41,671 nucleotides of DNA from an uncultured Candidatus Bathyarchaeia archaeon (GCA_964495055.1 CAZBUI010000002.1:1-41671); one strand, 5' to 3'; shown: positions 1-9,299, counted from the first letter of the stretch. Numbers and translations are program-made. Notes: generated by a model not told the origin, from the sequence alone.

Positions 1-1
1 C

Positions 2-433
2 CCCGAGTGGAACCAGAGGACCAACGCCTTCTACGAGAAGCAGAGATACGTCCAGGTGGGCTGGGACCTCGGCGACCCGAACTGGAGGGGGCGCTGGTAC
101 GAGAAAGTCATGACGCCGGACGACCCCTACACGATGACCCCCATCGCCCGGCTGCGCGACGGCATGAGGAACCTGGACGTCGAGGGCAGGGTCTTGGAGA
201 AGGAGCACGCCCGCATGGTGAGGTCACGGAGGAGGTACGGCGAGACCCTCTCCGTCGCCAACGCCGCCATCGGCGACGACTCGGGCAGGGTGGTCCTGGT
301 GCTCTGGAACGAGCAGATAAAGCAGGTGCACCTTGGCGACAGGCTGCGCGTGGAGAACGGGTACACCTCGACATACCAGGGCGTTCTCCAGCTAAACGCT
401 GGCCGGGCTGGAAGGCTGGTCAAGCTGATATAG
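2..433 (+). CDS. 5'-truncated ORF: tail of a GNAT-type acetyltransferase fused in frame to an SSB/RPA-like OB-fold nucleic-acid-binding domain
   Basis: Frame 2 is open from the window edge to TAG at 431-433. The N-terminal part reads WNQRTNAFYEKQRYVQVG, which resembles the GNAT C-terminal N..A..FYEK.GF motif. The C-terminal ~95 aa (IARLRDGMRNLDVEGRVLEK...VVLVLWNEQIKQVHLGDRLRVENGYTSTYQGVLQLNAGRAGRL) resembles archaeal single-OB SSB proteins. No stop codon separates the two parts. Confidence 0.55.
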   Translation, partial: PEWNQRTNAFYEKQRYVQVGWDLGDPNWRGRWYEKVMTPDDPYTMTPIARLRDGMRNLDVEGRVLEKEHARMVRSRRRYGETLSVANAAIGDDSGRVVLVLWNEQIKQVHLGDRLRVENGYTSTYQGVLQLNAGRAGRLVKLI

Positions 434-831
434 AGCCCGTAGGCCCCAGTTCCATACCGCTCATATGTATCGTCGGGTGTTAGCCGGGCCCCGGGGCGCC
501 GTATCTACGTGGAACGATGGTTTCACGCCGTTCATCCGGGTTCTTATTATAGGCAACAGGTCGTGGCATCAACTGTGAGGCAGATGGAGGTCGAGGTAGA
601 CGAGGTGCGGGTGATCCGTCTAAGACTGACAGAGCCATCCAGCGACAGCCACCCAAATCTAGGAGTTCCTCCGACCCCTCTGCCCCTCTCCACCTTTTTA
701 AACAGGAGACGCATCAAGACGTATAACATTGTCAACAGTCGCATCTAGAGACGCGAGCCGTGAAACTTAACACGAGCGACCCTGACCCATCAGCCCCATG
801 ACGACTCTTATCGTAGACGCGCCCTTGGCCT

Positions 832-1461
832 TCACCTGAAGAGCGGCCTCTGCTCCCTGACGCTCTGTTCCGTGAGCCTCCTCACGCCGTAGAGGTGCAG
901 CCACCGGACTATCCTCAGGTTCTGGCGGAGGTGGGCCTCGATCCCCCCGTAGTCCCCCGCCTCGTACAGATCCTTGACCCTGGCGCCGGACGTGGGGTAG
1001 TCCGGCGGGTTCAAGCCGAGCCTTATCGCCGTGGATACGACGTTGCTCAGCCCGGCGCCCTTGAAGCTGCCCATGTTCGCCACCAGCAGCTGCTGCATGA
1101 GGTCCACAGCGAAGCAGTCGTGCCACATCTTGGAGATGTACTCCAGGCCCGACTGGGACGCTCTCCCCGACTTGGCCACCAGGAGGGGGACGTCGAAACG
1201 CAGTATGTTGAACCCCACGACCGTCGTGAACCTGTGCTCTCCGCACGCATTGCGCACGGTTCTCTCGACCTCGGAGACTAGGGCCTTCTCGTCCAGGCCG
1301 TCCCACTCGCTGTAGAGGACCGGCTCGACGTCCCTCTTCAGGCTGCGCTCATGGTAGGCGGTCCTGTCGACGGCCAATCCGGCCGTTATTATCCGCTCGT
1401 TTATGAACGCCTCCTCGACGTTGGGGCGGTACGTCTCCAAGTCTAGGTACAGCCGAACCAT
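832..1461 (-). CDS. RNase H-fold / DEDD-type 3'-5' exonuclease-like protein
   Basis: 209-aa ORF. The N-terminal YLDLET matches the ExoI DxE motif. GFNILRFDVPLL resembles ExoII. The size is typical of PolB-exo-like standalone exonucleases. Confidence 0.55.
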   Translation of the reverse strand: MVRLYLDLETYRPNVEEAFINERIITAGLAVDRTAYHERSLKRDVEPVLYSEWDGLDEKALVSEVERTVRNACGEHRFTTVVGFNILRFDVPLLVAKSGRASQSGLEYISKMWHDCFAVDLMQQLLVANMGSFKGAGLSNVVSTAIRLGLNPPDYPTSGARVKDLYEAGDYGGIEAHLRQNLRIVRWLHLYGVRRLTEQSVREQRPLFR

Positions 1462-1531
1462 GGTGATTACTTGGAGGTAAAAAAGAAAAAGGTTCGCGAA
1501 ACAAAAAAGCGTGTTTAAGGGGGGAGGAGCG

Positions 1532-2659
1532 CTACCTGATTACCTGCAGCTCCGTCACGTCCCTGTACAGGGACACGTTCTCGGCCGGGCCCTTGGGCTT
1601 TACCACGAAGGAGTCCTCCGTGTGGATCTTCGCGTCCCCCAAGAGCATTCCAGGCTCCACCTGGAAGAACATCCCGGGCTCTAGCACCCAGTCGCCGTGG
1701 GCGGGGCCCAGGAAGGGCCACTCGTGGACGCCTATGCCGATGGCGTGGCCGATGAACGCCCTGTTATACTCGTATCCCTTGGAGTTGTAGAACTCCTTCA
1801 CGGCGTTGTGGACATCCATCACCTTCACCCCTGCCTGCATCGCTTCGGCTGTGGCCTGCTCCGCCTCCACGGCGATGCCGTAAGCCTTCAACTGGGTCTC
1901 GTTGGGCTCCCCCACCACAGCCATCCTCGAGATGTCCGAGTAGTAGCCGTCGAAGAAACACCCAAAGTCCGTGTGAACTAGGTCCCCCTTCTTCAGCTTG
2001 TAGTCCCCTGGGACGGGGTGGGTCTCGAATATGTTGGGGCCGGCCCCGAAGCACATGAACGCCACGGTGTCCCCGCCGTAATCTAGGGTGAGATCGATCA
2101 TGTTCAGAGCCACTTCTCTCTCGGTGTCCCCCGGCCTGGCCATCTCGAAGGCCACCGTGATGGCCTTAGCCGTCGCCATGTTCGCCGCGCTGAGGTGCTT
2201 TATCTCTTCAGGACTTTTTATCGACTTGAGCTCGTCTAGTATGGGCTTGGCGTCTACGAACTCCGTCTCCGGCAGTAGCTTCCTCAGGTGGTCGAGCCAG
2301 AGGCCGGGCATCTCCATGAGTTCCAAGCCGATCCTCTTGCCGGCCAACCCTTTATCCTTAATCACCTTCGCCAGGAAGTCTATGGCCTTCAGGGACTCCC
2401 ACTCGCCTCCCTCGTAGACCCTTAGATCCTTGATCCAGGTTGAGTTCCTTGCGGTCACTTCCTCGTTTCTGTGTACAGCGAACAGGGGCTCCCCTTCGAG
2501 GGGTAGCACTATGCCTGCGAACCGTTTCAGGTTGGTTATCGTGGATATCGGCGCATTGGACGTATAGTAGACGCTCTCCTGCGAGTTGGCTATGATGCAG
2601 TCGATCCCTTTCTCTTGCATTAATTTTCTTGATTTCTTATAATCAAATCCGGTTTTCAT
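1532..2659 (-). CDS. M24 family metallopeptidase (Xaa-Pro dipeptidase/aminopeptidase, creatinase fold)
   Basis: 375 aa. The N-terminal part is creatinase-like. Pita-bread metal ligand motifs are present: HTDFGCFFDGYYSDISR, HAIGIGVHEWP, FQVEPGM and HTEDSFVV. Confidence 0.85.
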   Translation of the reverse strand: MKTGFDYKKSRKLMQEKGIDCIIANSQESVYYTSNAPISTITNLKRFAGIVLPLEGEPLFAVHRNEEVTARNSTWIKDLRVYEGGEWESLKAIDFLAKVIKDKGLAGKRIGLELMEMPGLWLDHLRKLLPETEFVDAKPILDELKSIKSPEEIKHLSAANMATAKAITVAFEMARPGDTEREVALNMIDLTLDYGGDTVAFMCFGAGPNIFETHPVPGDYKLKKGDLVHTDFGCFFDGYYSDISRMAVVGEPNETQLKAYGIAVEAEQATAEAMQAGVKVMDVHNAVKEFYNSKGYEYNRAFIGHAIGIGVHEWPFLGPAHGDWVLEPGMFFQVEPGMLLGDAKIHTEDSFVVKPKGPAENVSLYRDVTELQVIR

Positions 2660-2750
2660 GGCCCTGTAATAAAGATGAACTAATTTAAAACTTGTTAAAA
2701 ACAGTATAATTAAATAAAATTTAGACTAACTGGTAGCGGCTTTCACGCTC

Positions 2751-3749
2751 TCAGTATAGGTGACAGGCTACACAGCTTCCTTCCTTTTCCCGGAGGATGG
2801 GCTCCTCTTCCCTACACCTATCAAACGCGTACGGGCATCTGGTGTTAAACCTGCAGCCAACGGGTATGTTCGCCGGGCTGGGAACGTCCCCGGATAGTAT
2901 GATCCTTTTTGAACTCCTCGTGGACCTCGGGTTAGGTACGGGGGTCGCCGACAGCAGAGCCTTCGTGTAGGAGTGAAGGGGGGCGGTGAACAGGGTTTCC
3001 ACGTCGGTGGACTCGACGATCTTGCCGAGGTACATGACTATCACCTTGTCACAGAAGGACCTCACCACGCTCAAGTCATGGCTGATGAAAAGGAACGTAG
3101 TTCCGAACTTGTCTCCCAAATCCTTCATCAGGTTCAATATCTGGGCTCTGATCGAGATGTCCAGAGAAGACACGGCTTCATCCGCCACGACGAATTTAGG
3201 TTGAAGCGCCAAGGCCCTCGCGATGGCTATTCTCTGTTTCTGTCCACCGCTGAACTCGTGTGGGTACCGGTCTATGTATCTATGCGCCGGGCTTATACCC
3301 ACCTCCTCCAACAGATCCAATATGGTGCTCTCCATGTTGCCTTGAGCACGGCCATGTACTATGAAGGGGCGGCTCAGGATCTGCCTCACAGTCTTCCTGG
3401 GGTTCAGCGACGCGTACGGGTCCTGGAAGATTATCTGCATGTCCTTCCTGATTCTAATCAGCTCGTCCTTTTCAAGCTCGAATATGTTGGAGTCCATGAA
3501 CTGGACAGTGCCCGATGTCGGCTTTATCAACCCTATCAGCAGTCTCCCGACTGTTGATTTTCCGCAGCCGCTCTCCCCGACCAAGCCCACCGTTTCATGC
3601 TCCCTTATCTCTATGTCTACCCCGTCTAGAGCATGGACCACCTTCTTCTCGTTAGAGAAGAACCCCTTGGGGATGACGTAATGTTTCTTCAGACCAGTTG
3701 CCTTCACTAACATCTTGCACGCATCACCGCTCAAGCCAACACCTGACAA
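2751..3749 (-). CDS. oligopeptide/dipeptide ABC transporter ATP-binding protein (OppF/DppF type)
   Basis: Walker A is GESGCGKST, the signature motif is FSGGQKQRIAIARAL and Walker B is FVVADEAVSSLD. The C-terminal Cys-rich oligopeptide tail is CRFNTRCPYAFDRC. The start could instead be M13 (3713). Confidence 0.9.
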   Translation of the reverse strand: MSGVGLSGDACKMLVKATGLKKHYVIPKGFFSNEKKVVHALDGVDIEIREHETVGLVGESGCGKSTVGRLLIGLIKPTSGTVQFMDSNIFELEKDELIRIRKDMQIIFQDPYASLNPRKTVRQILSRPFIVHGRAQGNMESTILDLLEEVGISPAHRYIDRYPHEFSGGQKQRIAIARALALQPKFVVADEAVSSLDISIRAQILNLMKDLGDKFGTTFLFISHDLSVVRSFCDKVIVMYLGKIVESTDVETLFTAPLHSYTKALLSATPVPNPRSTRSSKRIILSGDVPSPANIPVGCRFNTRCPYAFDRCREEEPILREKEGSCVACHLY

Positions 3750-4704
3750 AGTGACCCGACTCGAGTTCCATCAGGGGCGGCTCCTCCTCCCTACAGATAT
3801 CCTTCGCGTAACTGCATCTTGGATGGAACTTACACCCCGGGGGCGGGGCCATCAGGTCCGGGACGCTTCCGTCAAGCCCAACCAACTCTTCCCTGTGCTC
3901 CTCTATGCTCAACGCGGAGGCCAGGAGACCCCGGGTGTAGGGGTGCTTCGCCGCCTCGAAGATCGTGTAGACGTCGGCCTGCTCCACGATTCTGCCTGCG
4001 TACATTATGTAGATGATGTCACATATCTCGGCCACGATGCCGAGGTCATGGGTTATCAACATCAGGGACGTATCGTAGTCTTCTATCAGGCGTTTGATGA
4101 GCTCCAGTATCTGCCGCTGGATAGTGACGTCAAGGGCTGTGGTAGGCTCATCCATGATCACCAGTGAAGGGTTGCATGACAGCGCCATCGCGATCAAGAC
4201 GCGTTGACGCATCCCCCCGCTGAGCTGGTGAGGATAGTAATCCACCACGTCCCGCGCACCAGGGATTCCTACACGCTCCAAAAGCTCAACGATCTTTTCC
4301 CTCACCTCGCCCTTCTTCACGAACTGGTGCTCCAGTATAGTCTCACCTATCTGATCACCGATCTTCAGGACAGGATTAAGGAACGTCATCGGGTCCTGGA
4401 ACACTATCGCTATCTCCTTTCCCCTGATCTTTCTCAGCTCCTTCTCCGATAGTTTAAGCAAATCCTTGCCCTTGAACCGGATTTCCCCGTCCAAGACCTT
4501 GCTCGGAGGGCTAGGTAGGAGACGCACGATGCTCAGCGCTGTAGCCGATTTCCCGCAACCAGACTCACCGACCAGCCCAACCGCCTTCTGCCGGGGTATG
4601 GACAGGTCTATGCCGTCCACTGCCTTGACTGGGCCTTGGCTCAGGTAAAAGTATGTTTTCAGGTTCTTCACGCATAGAAGCTCGTTTCCTTGGGTCGGTT
4701 CCAT
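3724..4704 (-). CDS. oligopeptide/dipeptide ABC transporter ATP-binding protein (OppD/DppD type)
   Basis: Walker A is GESGCGKSAT, the signature motif is LSGGMRQRVLIAMAL and Walker B is VIMDEPTTALD. The C-terminal tail is CKFHPRCSYAKDIC. I chose the start at MEPTQGNELL (ATG 4704), 5 nt after the upstream permease stop. The 39 upstream codons of the ORF overlap that permease gene. Confidence 0.9.
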   Translation of the reverse strand: MEPTQGNELLCVKNLKTYFYLSQGPVKAVDGIDLSIPRQKAVGLVGESGCGKSATALSIVRLLPSPPSKVLDGEIRFKGKDLLKLSEKELRKIRGKEIAIVFQDPMTFLNPVLKIGDQIGETILEHQFVKKGEVREKIVELLERVGIPGARDVVDYYPHQLSGGMRQRVLIAMALSCNPSLVIMDEPTTALDVTIQRQILELIKRLIEDYDTSLMLITHDLGIVAEICDIIYIMYAGRIVEQADVYTIFEAAKHPYTRGLLASALSIEEHREELVGLDGSVPDLMAPPPGCKFHPRCSYAKDICREEEPPLMELESGHFVRCWLER

Positions 4705-4709
4705 TTTCT

Positions 4710-5561
4710 CTATCTTTCCTTCAGTCTCGGATTCAAAACATCGTTCAGCCCATCCCCCACCAGGTTGAGGGCGGTGACAAGCAGGAATATGCATACGCCC
4801 GGGAAGACCGCCATCCACCACGCGGACCTCAAGAACTCCTGTGCGTTACGTAGGAGATAGCCCCAGCTGACCTTGTTGGGGTCGCCGAGCCCGATGAAGC
4901 TTAGACCCGCCTCCACTATGATGGCTCTCCCCACCTCGAGTGACGAGTTGACTATCGCCGGGGGCAGGGCGTTGATGAGTATCTCCCCGAAGATGATGTA
5001 GCCAGTGCTTTCGCCCACCGCCCGCGCGGCCTCGATGAACTCCTTCTCCTTTAGGGAGAGGAACTGCGCCCTGATCAGCCTTGCCACCTTGGGCCAGCTC
5101 AGCACCGCTATGACTATGACGACGTTCCAGATGCTCCCCCCGAGGAGGGTCACCATGATTAACGCCAGGAAGAAGGAGGGCACTATCTGGAAGTACTCGG
5201 TTATACGCATCAGTATTGAATCCACCCGCCCGCCGAGGTACCCCGAGACTGCGCCGACGACTATGCCGATGATCATCGAAGTGCCGGCTGCGGAGAACCC
5301 GACCATCAACGATATTCTGGCGCCTGATATCACTCCCTGAAACATGTCTCTACCCAGGTTGTCGGTGCCCATGGGGAACTCCCAGGACGGAGGCACGAAT
5401 CTGGGCCCTACGCCGACATTGGTGGGGTTAGGCGCGAGTATGGGCGCCGCCAACCCGATCGCGAGGAAGAACAGTATGATGATCAAGCCTACAACCGCTC
5501 CCTTGTTTTTCTTGTAAGAACCCCAGAAACCAAGCAGGTCCTCGATTAGCTTCGATCCCAT
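4710..5561 (-). CDS. ABC transporter permease (OppC/DppC type)
   Basis: 283 aa and polytopic. It has an EAA-loop-like segment, FIEAARAVGESTGYIIFGEILINALPP. It lies within the opp-type operon. Confidence 0.9.
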   Translation of the reverse strand: MGSKLIEDLLGFWGSYKKNKGAVVGLIIILFFLAIGLAAPILAPNPTNVGVGPRFVPPSWEFPMGTDNLGRDMFQGVISGARISLMVGFSAAGTSMIIGIVVGAVSGYLGGRVDSILMRITEYFQIVPSFFLALIMVTLLGGSIWNVVIVIAVLSWPKVARLIRAQFLSLKEKEFIEAARAVGESTGYIIFGEILINALPPAIVNSSLEVGRAIIVEAGLSFIGLGDPNKVSWGYLLRNAQEFLRSAWWMAVFPGVCIFLLVTALNLVGDGLNDVLNPRLKER

Positions 5562-5565
5562 CGGG

Positions 5566-6546
5566 TCAGGCTCCCTCCTCGTATTGTATCCTCGGGTCCA
5601 GGTACGCGTACACTATGTCCGTAAACAGGTTGGCCATCACGACCGAGATGGAGATCAGGTTGAATATCCCCATTATGACCGGGTAGTCACGCGACAAGAG
5701 GGCGTTGTACATCAACCTGCCTATGCCGGGCCATGAGAAGATCGTCTCGGTTAAGACGGCGCCGGAGAAAAGGAAGCCCAGCTGCATGCCGGTTATGGTC
5801 ACCACCGGCAGCAACGCGTTCCTGAAAGCGTGCCAAAAGAGGACCCTCACCTGGCTGAGGCCCTTGGACCTAGCAGTCAATATATAGTCTTGTCTCAGCA
5901 CCTCGAGCATGCTTGAACGGGTCAAGCGGGCGATGAGAGCGAGCTGATGTATCCCAAGCGCCAGAGCCGGTAGAATAAGGTGCTTGAATACGTCGATGAC
6001 GTAGGCCGCGCCCGTGAGCTCATATCTAAGCGTCTTGAACCCGGAGACGGGTAGCCAGCCGAGTCTAAGCGCGAACAGGAGCATTAGCATCTGGCCCAGC
6101 CAGAAAACCGGTATCGCGTAACCACCCACAGAGATCACCGAGACGAGGGTGCTGCTCAGGGATGAAGGCCTTATAGCGGAGAGGACCCCGAGGAGGGTTC
6201 CAAGCAGTAAGGCGAACAGTAATGCGCTCCCGGTCAACAGAAGCGTTGCGCCTAGACGTTCGGTCACCAACGTGAGCACGGGTGGCCCACTGATGGAGTA
6301 CCCTAGGTCTCCTTGAAGGAAGTTCGAGATGTATCTGATGTATTGGATGTATAGGGGCTGGTCGAGGCCGAACTTTATCTTCATCCTCTCCACGAACTCC
6401 GGGTCTGTCTCGAAGCCCTCCCCGATTATCATGCTTATAGGATCTCCCGCTATGCTGTGGATCAGGAAAAAGGTTAACGTGAGCGTAGCGAATATTGTCG
6501 GTATCGTCTGAATGACCCTTCTAAGGACGTATTTTTTTAGGCTCAC
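5566..6546 (-). CDS. ABC transporter permease (OppB/DppB type)
   Basis: 326 aa and polytopic. The TARSKGLSQVRVLFWHAFRNALLPV loop is typical of OppB/DppB. The start is GTG, with GGAG about 10 nt upstream. Confidence 0.9.
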   Translation of the reverse strand: MSLKKYVLRRVIQTIPTIFATLTLTFFLIHSIAGDPISMIIGEGFETDPEFVERMKIKFGLDQPLYIQYIRYISNFLQGDLGYSISGPPVLTLVTERLGATLLLTGSALLFALLLGTLLGVLSAIRPSSLSSTLVSVISVGGYAIPVFWLGQMLMLLFALRLGWLPVSGFKTLRYELTGAAYVIDVFKHLILPALALGIHQLALIARLTRSSMLEVLRQDYILTARSKGLSQVRVLFWHAFRNALLPVVTITGMQLGFLFSGAVLTETIFSWPGIGRLMYNALLSRDYPVIMGIFNLISISVVMANLFTDIVYAYLDPRIQYEEGA

Positions 6547-6561
6547 TCAGCAGGACTCCAT

Positions 6562-6571
6562 TGTGTCAAGT
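6562..6571 (+). promoter_or_regulatory. related motif TGTGTCAAGT between the opp operon start and its TATA-like region
   Basis: GTGTCAAGT occupies 6563-6571, 17-25 nt upstream of the oppB-type GTG start (6546, minus strand). It shares 9 nt with the motif at 11822-11830 and 27577-27585. Confidence 0.35.
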
Positions 6572-6803
6572 TACGTAGTATTATTGTATGCAAAATCTCG
6601 TTGTCTGCCATGTGGGCGGACGTTGTTTGAATCTTTTTCAGGGATCCAGTTAGCGTTTTGTCTCACCGATGCAATAGCAGTTTAGCTGTAGCGTCTTTTA
6701 TAACGTTTATGCGCACGCACAGTAATTAAAATTTATATATTATTATTTATTTTAAACTAAAATAAATAACTATATATACTATACATAGGGCGATGTATTG
6801 GAA

Positions 6804-8750
6804 ATGAAACAGCTAAAAATCTACTTGAAAAAACAACTAACTTTTGCATTTCTTCTGACATTGTTACTATCATCCGTCGCGGTTACTAACGCAGGATCAA
6901 ACGCGGAGATGCGTGAGTTGCCACCCAGATACGGAGGAACAATAATAATAGGCATACTCACCGACGTGACACACCTCAACCCAGCCATATCGACCAGCTA
7001 CTACATCGACACGGTTTCAGGGCAGATATACAACTCCCTCATGGAGTACGACTACAAGACGCTGGAGCCGGTCCCCGAACTAGCAAAGTCCTGGGACATC
7101 TCTGAAGACGGGTTAACGTACACGTTCCATCTTGAGGAAGACGTGTACTGGACCGACGGCGAACCCTTCACGTCCGAAGACGTCAAGTTCACCTTCGAGA
7201 ACATCACAATACCCTACCACCCACGAGGCGCAGCCACTTTCGGAGGCATAGAGTTCGAGGCCCCAGACGAGCACACGTTCGTGATGAAGCTGAAGAACAG
7301 CTACGCCCCCCTGATCAACTACTTCACCCTCTGGTACGTGGGCATAATGCCCAAACACCTCTACGAGGGCACAGACATACTGAACAACCCCCACAACTGG
7401 GAGGACCCCGTTGGGACAGGCCCCTTCATGCTGGACGAGTGGGTTAAAGGAAGTCACATAAAACTGGTGCGGAACCCCAACTACTGGCGTGAGGATGAGC
7501 CCTACCTAGACTCTGTGATATTCAAGATCATCCCTGACACCTCGTCAAGGCTTCTTGCTTTCGAGAACCATGAGATTGACTACGTGCCTTTGATGATCCC
7601 CAACACTGAGCTCGTGAGGCTGAACGAGACCGATGGCATAAACGTGGTTTCATGCGGAGCCTTCGGCTCGATGCACACCATCCAGAACAACCTTGACAAC
7701 GAGTATCTCTCAGACATAAGAGTCAGGAAAGCCATAGCCTATGCCATAGACAAAGACCAGTTCAACGAGCTCGTCCTGGACAACCTGTTCAAGGTAGCCA
7801 CCGGTCCGCTCCCAAGCACGTCTTGGGCGTACAACCCGGACGTCGAGAAGTACGAGCAGAACATAACCCTCGCTAACAGACTGCTCGACGAGGCAGGGTA
7901 CCCGAGGGGACCCGACGGGAACAGGTTCAGCCTGAGAATGATCATAGGGACGACTGGAAGAGACAAGGGCGTGCCTGAGATGGAGATCATGAGATCCCAG
8001 CTCAGCGAGGTCGGCATCGACCTCCAGCTAGAGGTCTACGACGAGGCCACGACAACTCAGATGGTCTCCATGGAACGAGACTTCGACATGTACCTGATAG
8101 CCGGGCTGTCGACGGCGCCCGACCCGAACATGATCTCTGGGTACCTGCACTCAAACAGGATACTGAAGGACGACCCCATACCGGGCCTATATAACGTGAT
8201 GGACTACAACAACTCGAGAGTAGACGAACTTTTCGAGATGGGAAAGGTCGAGACAGACGTCGAGAAACGCAAGGAGATATACGGTGAACTCCAGGAGATC
8301 GTCGTCAACGAGCTCCCCTGCTACTACCTGATCGAAGACCAGTACTTCCACTTCTACTGGGAGGACTACGTAGGCATCCCTGCAGGTCCTTACGGCGGCG
8401 CACGTGAACGGCTTGACAGCGTATGGTGGACGGGAGGTAGCGAGAACTCGCCGGAAGAGATAGCTGAGACTATCGCGGACATCGAGGCACAGCTAAACGA
8501 TCTAGCTACCGAAGATTACGATGTAACGGCGGCCACGGCGAAGCTTGAAGAGGCTAAAGAAGCTCTTGAGAACGGCGACTACGCCGACGCAGAGACGTTT
8601 GTCAGCGAAGTACTCAACTTGGCTGAAGCCCCTGAAGAGGAGCCTGCTAACCAAGGTATACCTGGTTTTCCGGTGTCCTCTATGGCACTTGGGTTGCTGA
8701 TGAGTGCAGCTTTGATAATGTTCTTCACGAAGCCTAAAACAATCTCCTAA
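6804..8750 (+). CDS. ABC transporter substrate-binding protein, family 5 (OppA/DppA-like), with helical stalk and PGF-CTERM-like membrane anchor
   Basis: It has a signal/anchor N-terminus and an SBP_bac_5-like core (YGGTIIIG, WTDGEPFTSEDVKFTFE, LVRNPNYW). The C-terminus reads ...NQGIPGFPVSSMALGLLMSAALIMFFTKPKTIS. It is divergent from the opp permease/ATPase operon. TATATATA at 6771-6778 supports the ATG at 6804; the ORF track's TTG is at 6798. Confidence 0.85.
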   Translation: MKQLKIYLKKQLTFAFLLTLLLSSVAVTNAGSNAEMRELPPRYGGTIIIGILTDVTHLNPAISTSYYIDTVSGQIYNSLMEYDYKTLEPVPELAKSWDISEDGLTYTFHLEEDVYWTDGEPFTSEDVKFTFENITIPYHPRGAATFGGIEFEAPDEHTFVMKLKNSYAPLINYFTLWYVGIMPKHLYEGTDILNNPHNWEDPVGTGPFMLDEWVKGSHIKLVRNPNYWREDEPYLDSVIFKIIPDTSSRLLAFENHEIDYVPLMIPNTELVRLNETDGINVVSCGAFGSMHTIQNNLDNEYLSDIRVRKAIAYAIDKDQFNELVLDNLFKVATGPLPSTSWAYNPDVEKYEQNITLANRLLDEAGYPRGPDGNRFSLRMIIGTTGRDKGVPEMEIMRSQLSEVGIDLQLEVYDEATTTQMVSMERDFDMYLIAGLSTAPDPNMISGYLHSNRILKDDPIPGLYNVMDYNNSRVDELFEMGKVETDVEKRKEIYGELQEIVVNELPCYYLIEDQYFHFYWEDYVGIPAGPYGGARERLDSVWWTGGSENSPEEIAETIADIEAQLNDLATEDYDVTAATAKLEEAKEALENGDYADAETFVSEVLNLAEAPEEEPANQGIPGFPVSSMALGLLMSAALIMFFTKPKTIS

Positions 8751-8873
8751 CTCTTTCTCTTTTTATGCTTAACCTCCGTTTTTTCCTTATTATTTACTGC
8801 GTGAAGTATTTATTACATTGAAAAATAAGAAAATCGGTGGAATTTATATATTCTTGTCGTAGTGTTTCTGCTC

Positions 8874-9263
8874 ATGAATGGATTGTTTAAAGAAGAAATA
8901 GTGATGGAAGGCCCAAAACTAAGTCATCTGTCAGCCGGTTTCCGTGTCGGAGACTTTGTCTTTACTTCCGGTAATGTTGGGAGGGACCCGGAGACGGGGA
9001 ACGTCCCGGATACCATTGAGGAACAAACGAAGCAAGTGTTAGAGAACATTAAAAGGGTCTTGAACAAAGCAGGGGCTTCCATGAACGACGTCGTGAAGAC
9101 GACGGTGTTCCTATCCGATATGAGCGACTATGCAAAGATGAACCAAGTCTATGTCACCTTCTTCGACGAGCCGAGGCCAGCACGATCGTGTGTGGGGGCA
9201 AAATTGGCTCGTCCAGAGTTCATGGTAGAGATAGAGGTAATAGCCGTAAGCCCCAAAAAGTAA
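8874..9263 (+). CDS. ridA: RidA/YjgF/L-PSP family reactive-intermediate deaminase
   Basis: Family-typical segments are GDFVFTSGNVG, VVKTTVFLSDMSDYAKMNQVY and PARSCVGAKLARPEFMVEIEVIA. TTTATATA at 8843-8850 lies about 30 nt upstream of ATG 8874. Alternative starts are 8862 and 8904. Confidence 0.85.
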   Translation: MNGLFKEEIVMEGPKLSHLSAGFRVGDFVFTSGNVGRDPETGNVPDTIEEQTKQVLENIKRVLNKAGASMNDVVKTTVFLSDMSDYAKMNQVYVTFFDEPRPARSCVGAKLARPEFMVEIEVIAVSPKK

Positions 9264-9299
9264 TCTCGGCCCATCTTTAACCAACATGGTAGACGAGCA

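Noticed and set aside
509-748. 79-aa plus-strand ORF (and 65-aa minus-strand ORF) in the 434-831 gap.
   Set aside because: Codon usage is rich in A/T-ending and rare codons, unlike all neighbouring genes. There are no recognisable motifs. The region is kept only as a possible ncRNA or remnant (see findings).
3749-4821. Long N-terminal extensions of the two ABC ATPase ORFs (MVDGGLPGRMHIPACHRPQ... and MSGVGLSGDACK...).
   Set aside because: The extensions overlap the 3' ends of the upstream genes. The conserved ATPase N-termini begin at MEPTQGNELL (4704) and near MLVKATGLKKHY (3713).
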